64,000 nucleotides of DNA from an uncultured Nitrospiraceae bacterium (GTDB lineage Bacteria; Nitrospirota; Nitrospiria; Nitrospirales; Nitrospiraceae): assembly GCA_963730935.1 (NCBI GenBank), contig CAVSTP010000002.1, positions 288,001 to 352,000 of the forward strand, written 5' to 3'. The translations under genes were made by a program, and so were the position numbers. The notes below the pieces were generated by a model, which was not told the origin of the DNA, ran no database searches, and saw only the letters and a program-made list of their open reading frames with translations. Shown here piece by piece: positions 59,273 to 64,000 of the stretch (the first letter of the stretch is position 1; each line of letters starts with the position of its first letter).

Positions 59273-60310
59273 CCCTTCCAGTGCCGCCTTGAGTTTCTTG
59301 ATGATTCTTGAGGCGTAGCCGGGGGAGATATCGAGCTCTATGGCGAGGTCGGACGGCCTAGTCACGCCGTTCTCAAACAGCTCTCTCGCCAGTTCAAACT
59401 TCGAAACTTCCACCGGCTGGTATTGCCAGATGAGTCCGTGACCTTGCTTCACCAAGCGCACATCGAGTGGGGCCACATCATCGCCCGTCACGCCCCGGCA
59501 TTTCGTGAAGTGCATTTCAAAGTGGCATCCGTCGCGGGCATCCCTCAAAGGCGGTTCCTTGAGTTGCACCACGGTGTCTAGCGCATCCTCCCGGCCGCTA
59601 GTGCCACGTTGCTGCCCCTTTTTACCGGAGTGGTGGACTAAGACAGTGGAGAGCCCCCGATGACGCAGGCGGATCAGCCACGCGTTGATCGGCTCCCAAT
59701 CCTGCTTGCTGTCTTCATTGATTCCGCTAAAAAGACAGGAAATATTGTCGAGGATCAGGACGCGGATGTCTGGGCGGGCCTCGAGGATTTTGACAATCTG
59801 TTGTTGCATGCCGTGCGACGTGAGGATGAGATCCTTCCCACCGCATCGCTGATACACCAGTTGACTGGTAAGGAATTCAAACGGGGCGGCTGGCGGCGTA
59901 TCCATGAGCGCCGTGGCGCGTTCTCGGAGTTCGTCCAGCTGCATCTCGCCATCGCAGTACAGCACTCCGACAGGCGCTTGGACCTTCCACTTCAGAAGAT
60001 CCTTGCCGTTGGTCAGGGAGACGCCTAAGGCCAGTTGGAGAAAGGTCTTGCCAATCCCCCGTGGGCCAAAGACCATCACGTTGCCGCCTTCAGGAAGCCA
60101 TGGGAGATGACGGGCTCGCTCTGGAATCTGCAGCGCCATCAGATCGGTATAGTTCACCAGCGCCCGTAAGAGATCGGGGGGCGTCCGATCCTCACTCAAT
60201 CTGTTCGCCGTGCCGTCCCCGGCCAGCATCTGTTCTATGCCTGTGGAAAGCCGCTCCTGCGCTTCATCAAAGGCAGTCGCGGCTTGGGTAAATGCAGCCT
60301 CACTAGTCAT
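59264..60310 (-). CDS. AAA_25/RepA-like ATPase (helicase) with C-terminal HTH
   Basis: GPRGIGKT Walker A, VLYCDGEM, LILDN, LVHHSGK, RGTS; C-terminal SDLAIELDISPGYASR HTH. Confidence 0.88.
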   Translation of the reverse strand: MTSEAAFTQAATAFDEAQERLSTGIEQMLAGDGTANRLSEDRTPPDLLRALVNYTDLMALQIPERARHLPWLPEGGNVMVFGPRGIGKTFLQLALGVSLTNGKDLLKWKVQAPVGVLYCDGEMQLDELRERATALMDTPPAAPFEFLTSQLVYQRCGGKDLILTSHGMQQQIVKILEARPDIRVLILDNISCLFSGINEDSKQDWEPINAWLIRLRHRGLSTVLVHHSGKKGQQRGTSGREDALDTVVQLKEPPLRDARDGCHFEMHFTKCRGVTGDDVAPLDVRLVKQGHGLIWQYQPVEVSKFELARELFENGVTRPSDLAIELDISPGYASRIIKKLKAALEGVA

Positions 60311-60759
60311 ATCGCCTCGCTTTCCAGGAGCTGATAGGCGGCCCCCAAACGCTCTAGGGCGGTGTTGAGTTGTTCGTGAGACCACTTGTCAATGCAGATG
60401 CCGCACGCGGAGTGAATGAATGCTTCTGCTTCTCGCAGAGCATCCATGCGGAGACCATTTGCTGTGTAGGTGGCCTGCTCCTTTGTCTTAGCTTGCTGGC
60501 GTGCTTCCATCGCCTGACGGCGTTCGTTAGGGTTGTTTCCCGTCGTGTCAAAGAACAGATCCTTGACCGAGAGACCCAACGCCCTGGTAATCTCTTCCAC
60601 CGTGCAACCGGCCCAGCACTTCAGCAGCAGGCCCCGGTTGCCTTCAGCTATCGTGAGTGATGGTGAGTTGTCTTGATGTGCGGGGCAGCGGCTAATCCAT
60701 TTGTTCGAGCCGCTAGAGCGTACCCCATCGAGCAGCGGCAGCAGTTCTGTGGCCATCAT
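60307..60759 (-). CDS. Stand-alone primase-type Zn-binding (CHC2-like) protein
   Basis: CPAHQDNSPSL...LLKCWAGC; ATGA-coupled to the ATPase gene. Confidence 0.82.
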   Translation of the reverse strand: MMATELLPLLDGVRSSGSNKWISRCPAHQDNSPSLTIAEGNRGLLLKCWAGCTVEEITRALGLSVKDLFFDTTGNNPNERRQAMEARQQAKTKEQATYTANGLRMDALREAEAFIHSACGICIDKWSHEQLNTALERLGAAYQLLESEAI

Positions 60760-60897
60760 GCCACGCTCACAGTCTGGCGAACGTCTAGTGCATCATGGAG
60801 TTGACCGTGTGCTCGGTGGCAGTCCCGGAATCGCTCTTGTAACGCTAACCGGTAATCAGGTAGGCTTTGCATCGTTCACCCTATACAGTTTGTGTTG

Positions 60898-60934
60898 AGC
60901 CGCCGTGGAGGTCGCACTCCCGGCGGCTTTTTTG
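60898..60934 (+). terminator. Intrinsic terminator on the strand antisense to the element operon
   Basis: AGCCGCCG...CGGCGGCT stem followed by a T run. Confidence 0.6.
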
Positions 60935-60945
60935 TTCATCGGGAT

Positions 60946-61173
60946 TCACTTCACCACCTTGTTCTGCTCCGCTCGGGTTTGTACTTGGCGTCGTAACGCC
61001 GCCTTCGCTTCTTCAATATCCACTCGCACTCCGTACCCTTTATTGCCAGCGGCATAGGCCGGTACTCTCCCGTTCTTGCAGAGCCGATAGAGGCTCGAAG
61101 GAGCCATGCCTAATTGGCGTGCCGCCTGTTTGACACTGACCAATGCACCGCTTGTTTGGTTGTCGTCGCTCAT
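60946..61173 (-). CDS. AlpA/excisionase-like HTH protein
   Basis: LVSVKQAARQLGMAPSSLYRLCKNGRVPAY; AAGGAG SD. Confidence 0.82.
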   Translation of the reverse strand: MSDDNQTSGALVSVKQAARQLGMAPSSLYRLCKNGRVPAYAAGNKGYGVRVDIEEAKAALRRQVQTRAEQNKVVK

Positions 61174-61420
61174 GTATCTCCTTCCATGTTGCTCAGGTTG
61201 TTCCCCTATGGAACAACAATGCCTATTTATCCCTATCGTATGAAAAAGAGCGAAGAGAGCAGGCATGAGATGTCTCAGAGGCGGTTCTAAGACCTTGGAT
61301 TTAAATGTTAATTCGTGAACTGGAGACCGAGAAGCTTAAGGCAAGTGTAGATAGGGACGGAAAAGGCCTCTTTATATCCCCATTGAAAACTATGAGAATT
61401 TCCGCCGGTGGGCTAAGGCA

Positions 61421-62170
61421 TTATGTGTGAGAGTTCGCGGAGGGAGGTTGGAGAGAATCGAAAAATTTTTTGAATGCACGAAGGGTGGCCTCGTCCGGCT
61501 GCTGTGAGGGATTAGCTAGGAAGCACTGAAGGACGTTTATATACTTATTTATCAAACCACTGAAATCTTCGAGGTCCGTCTCTCCCGGTGTGACTGATGC
61601 TGCGATTTCATCAATATGTTTCAGGTGCTTTTCCCACTTCCGGTATTGTCTGAGCATGGTATCTGCATTTGGAGGCTTGATGCCGTAACAATTAGTGGTC
61701 CATAAACTTGAACTAGTATCGCCATCTTTACGGAACAGCGCTTTCACTTGTTTGGCGACTTGTCTGCAAGCCTCCGTCTTTGACAGTCCCCCAATCACGA
61801 GCTTGTGGACTGCCTGGCATAAAACCTCCAGCATGTTCTTCCGCACTCTTTGAGGGACCTCGGCGGCTTTCGTCTTCCCTGTCCCTTCCCCCTTGAAGCC
61901 TAAGGCAATATCTAGCGACTTAATGTCCGGCGATGTGATGCGGTCGTTTGTCGCCGCCTTAAATAATTTGACGGCCCACATGGGGGCGGCAATGCCGAGA
62001 AGTCCCGCGCTTACCATTGCTGACGTTGCCAAAAAGGGGGTCTTCGGCTCGGTGTAATGGCATTCGTACAAGCTCAGGATTGCCTCTCGGCGCCAAGGTT
62101 CCGCTTCCCCCTCAAGCTGCTCATCGAGAAACGCTAGAAAAGGATCTGTTGTCTGTGGATTTGTGGACAT
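61421..62170 (-). CDS. Hypothetical protein, first gene of the element
   Basis: 249-aa ORF with AGGAGG SD. Confidence 0.7.
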   Translation of the reverse strand: MSTNPQTTDPFLAFLDEQLEGEAEPWRREAILSLYECHYTEPKTPFLATSAMVSAGLLGIAAPMWAVKLFKAATNDRITSPDIKSLDIALGFKGEGTGKTKAAEVPQRVRKNMLEVLCQAVHKLVIGGLSKTEACRQVAKQVKALFRKDGDTSSSLWTTNCYGIKPPNADTMLRQYRKWEKHLKHIDEIAASVTPGETDLEDFSGLINKYINVLQCFLANPSQQPDEATLRAFKKFFDSLQPPSANSHT

Positions 62171-62362
62171 GTCCCCTCCTGTCGGGTCCTGGTGAGGAGG
62201 GGCAGCGCCCGCGCCAGGAAACGCGAGCCGGCCAGGGGATCAAGCCCGACCGTTGCTGCCCGAGGAGAATCATTTCACGCCGCGCACGTCAAGTGCGTGG
62301 CTAATCATGTCTACCTCAAGCGTTGTATAATCGCAACGCAAGGAACGCTCCAGAAGGAACAG

Positions 62363-62596
62363 ATGGGGAAAGGCGACAAAGGGAAACAGAAGTTCATGAT
62401 GGGCTTCCGGCCAGTCGTGCGAGCCCGTGAGGGCCGCATGCTTGGCATCCGTCAGCCACTAGACGGACCCATCTTCGAAACGATGAGAGATGCTGAGAAC
62501 TGGTGCATCCATGCCATGATCAGTCACTTCGATAGACGGCTTGGCATGTCGGATGCGACGATTGAACCGTTCAAAGGGATGGTGCTTTGTTTCTGA
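62363..62596 (+). CDS. Hypothetical protein
   Basis: AAGGA SD, protein-like small ORF. Confidence 0.45.
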   Translation: MGKGDKGKQKFMMGFRPVVRAREGRMLGIRQPLDGPIFETMRDAENWCIHAMISHFDRRLGMSDATIEPFKGMVLCF

Positions 62597-62685
62597 AGGA
62601 CGTCTAAGCACTGCAGCCGTTTTCCACGTGCTTATTTACCATTCCGAAGCCTGACTAGAGGTTCGGATTCTCATTCTGAATCGTT

Positions 62686-63051
62686 ATGCATCAATTGCGA
62701 CCCTGCTTTTTCGGACTGGTTCTCATCACAATAGCCCGATGTTCCGGAGGGGAGGAGGGCAATCAAGGAAATCCTGGAGCGACGGTGTCATTGATGTGGG
62801 ATCCAGTTATTGATGCATTGCCGATCAGCTATACGGTGCATTATGGTAAGGAATCGCCTCGCAATGTCGGATCATGCAAGTACGAGTATTCTTTGAGCAC
62901 GTCCGAACCCTTTGCCACCATCACCGATCTTGAATTTGATGCGATCTACTACTTTGCCGTCAGTGCCTTCAACGGACTTCGCGGCCCTTGTTCCAACGAG
63001 CTAGTAAAAGTGACCGGAAAACCAGGACAGGACACACCACAAAGCCAATAA
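62686..63051 (+). CDS. Fibronectin type III domain exported protein
   Basis: VSLMWDP...YTVHYG...TITDL...YYFAVSAFN...SNE. Confidence 0.78.
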   Translation: MHQLRPCFFGLVLITIARCSGGEEGNQGNPGATVSLMWDPVIDALPISYTVHYGKESPRNVGSCKYEYSLSTSEPFATITDLEFDAIYYFAVSAFNGLRGPCSNELVKVTGKPGQDTPQSQ

Positions 63052-63436
63052 CAACACTGTTCGGCTAGCACCCTAGTCAGTTGACCGAGTTGCAAAGGAC
63101 ACGGGTAGCCAGTAGCGACGCGAAACCAGGTACAGACGACGAGTAACTACACCCACAATATCCTCCCTAAATCTTCATCTAGCTTACGCGGACGGCAGCA
63201 ATCATGAAAATCCGTCCCCTATGGCGTCCTGTTCTTCAAGAAACAGATCCAAGTTCTCCATCACAACATCCCACCACGTGCCCCCATCTCCGAAGCAATC
63301 CGCTCAATGTGCGCTTTCAGTCGGTCGTCCCACTCGTGCGTCCACTTCCTGATGATGAGTTCTTGAATAGCTAGCTCGGATTCTGCTACTCGATTCATGT
63401 TTTCAACAGGGAACGTGAATCAATCTATTTCCATCT

Positions 63437-63982
63437 TTAATACTTATCTGCATGGGAGCCACCACGCACGCACCAGACATGCCTTGTCCCCGTCTTTCCC
63501 GAATCCCCAGTGGTGCCATCAAAGAAGCGAACTTCCCATGCTTGTGTCGGAATGAACGCTTGTCGGACATCGGTCGTGGATGACCAGTAGGCCGACTCGA
63601 AAAGTCCTCCGGTTTGGACATTTTGAAAGGGATGACCAGGAGGAAGAGCTGGTCCGGGGGCTGGGACGGTCGAATCAACCAAACTCGCCAACTCTTCAAT
63701 TAATGGAAGATGCCAGCCCATTCGACCTCCAACTTGTCGCAGCCAGCAGGTTCTGACCGCATCCTCCCATGAACGCGAATTTGTTTCTGGCGACTTTTCC
63801 CACACTAGCCCTGTCTCACGGTCCAACACTGCGGCATTTCCAAAATCTGGCAAGACAACAAATCGCCTGTTGGCGTTCACGATGATGTTGCTCCAAGATT
63901 TTAAGTGCGGCTGCGTCGCTGGATCGAGAGGATCGGAACCGAATGCTCCCAGAGGATTCAGAATGACTAGAATAGCGCCCAT
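63437..63982 (-). CDS. DUF1566 (Lcl C-type-lectin-like) protein; frame is open to the window end
   Basis: VLDRETGLVWEK, GWHLPLIEELASL, YWSST, VWCVRGG. Confidence 0.88.
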   Translation of the reverse strand: MGAILVILNPLGAFGSDPLDPATQPHLKSWSNIIVNANRRFVVLPDFGNAAVLDRETGLVWEKSPETNSRSWEDAVRTCWLRQVGGRMGWHLPLIEELASLVDSTVPAPGPALPPGHPFQNVQTGGLFESAYWSSTTDVRQAFIPTQAWEVRFFDGTTGDSGKTGTRHVWCVRGGSHADKY

Positions 63983-64000
63983 CGCGAATGGACTAAATGC

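Larger units (their letters stand above)
56740..62280 (-). mobile_element. Phage-satellite-like integrative element (boundaries approximate)
   Basis: Co-oriented HTH, primase Zn domain, Rep, iteron origin, terS-like, xis and int genes; no virion genes. Confidence 0.7.

Noticed and set aside
63437..63982. DUF1566 gene as target of a diversity-generating retroelement
   Set aside because: No reverse transcriptase or template repeat of its 3' end seen in the window; cannot be excluded beyond 64000
1..64000. CRISPR array, cas genes, rRNA, IS transposase
   Set aside because: No regularly spaced repeat-spacer array or recognisable motifs seen; the repeats found are dispersed or short iterons
56262..64000. 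Complete prophage
   Set aside because: No capsid, portal, large terminase, tail or lysis genes in the window

Overview
Bacterial chromosome segment, most likely a Nitrospira (inferred from gene order and protein families, not from a database search). About 1-19.5 kb is GC-rich core genome: a minus-strand argD-argF-argG-argH-lipoprotein-B12 radical SAM-lysA-dapA-dapB operon, then gpmA, an ATP-grasp/Zn-peptidase pair, ttcA, msrA, a PilZ protein and a Pal-like lipoprotein. From about 19.6 kb to the end is a mosaic accessory region. It carries three tRNA-Arg(UCG)-derived att remnants and one tRNA-Thr-like remnant, decayed cargo operons, a dense signalling cluster (stand-alone REC proteins, PAS kinases, PilZ, Zn-binding microproteins) and several dispersed non-coding repeats. 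The best candidate for a new system is a compact phage-satellite-like element at about 56.7-62.3 kb. It encodes an integrase, Xis, a small-terminase-like protein, an AAA/HTH Rep followed directly by an AGGCAAC iteron origin, a stand-alone primase Zn domain and an AlpA-like HTH, with no capsid or tail genes. Its first gene has a structured leader with an anti-SD hairpin resembling a CI/C4-type RNA switch, and a homologous leader with different internal arms survives at 29.8 kb.
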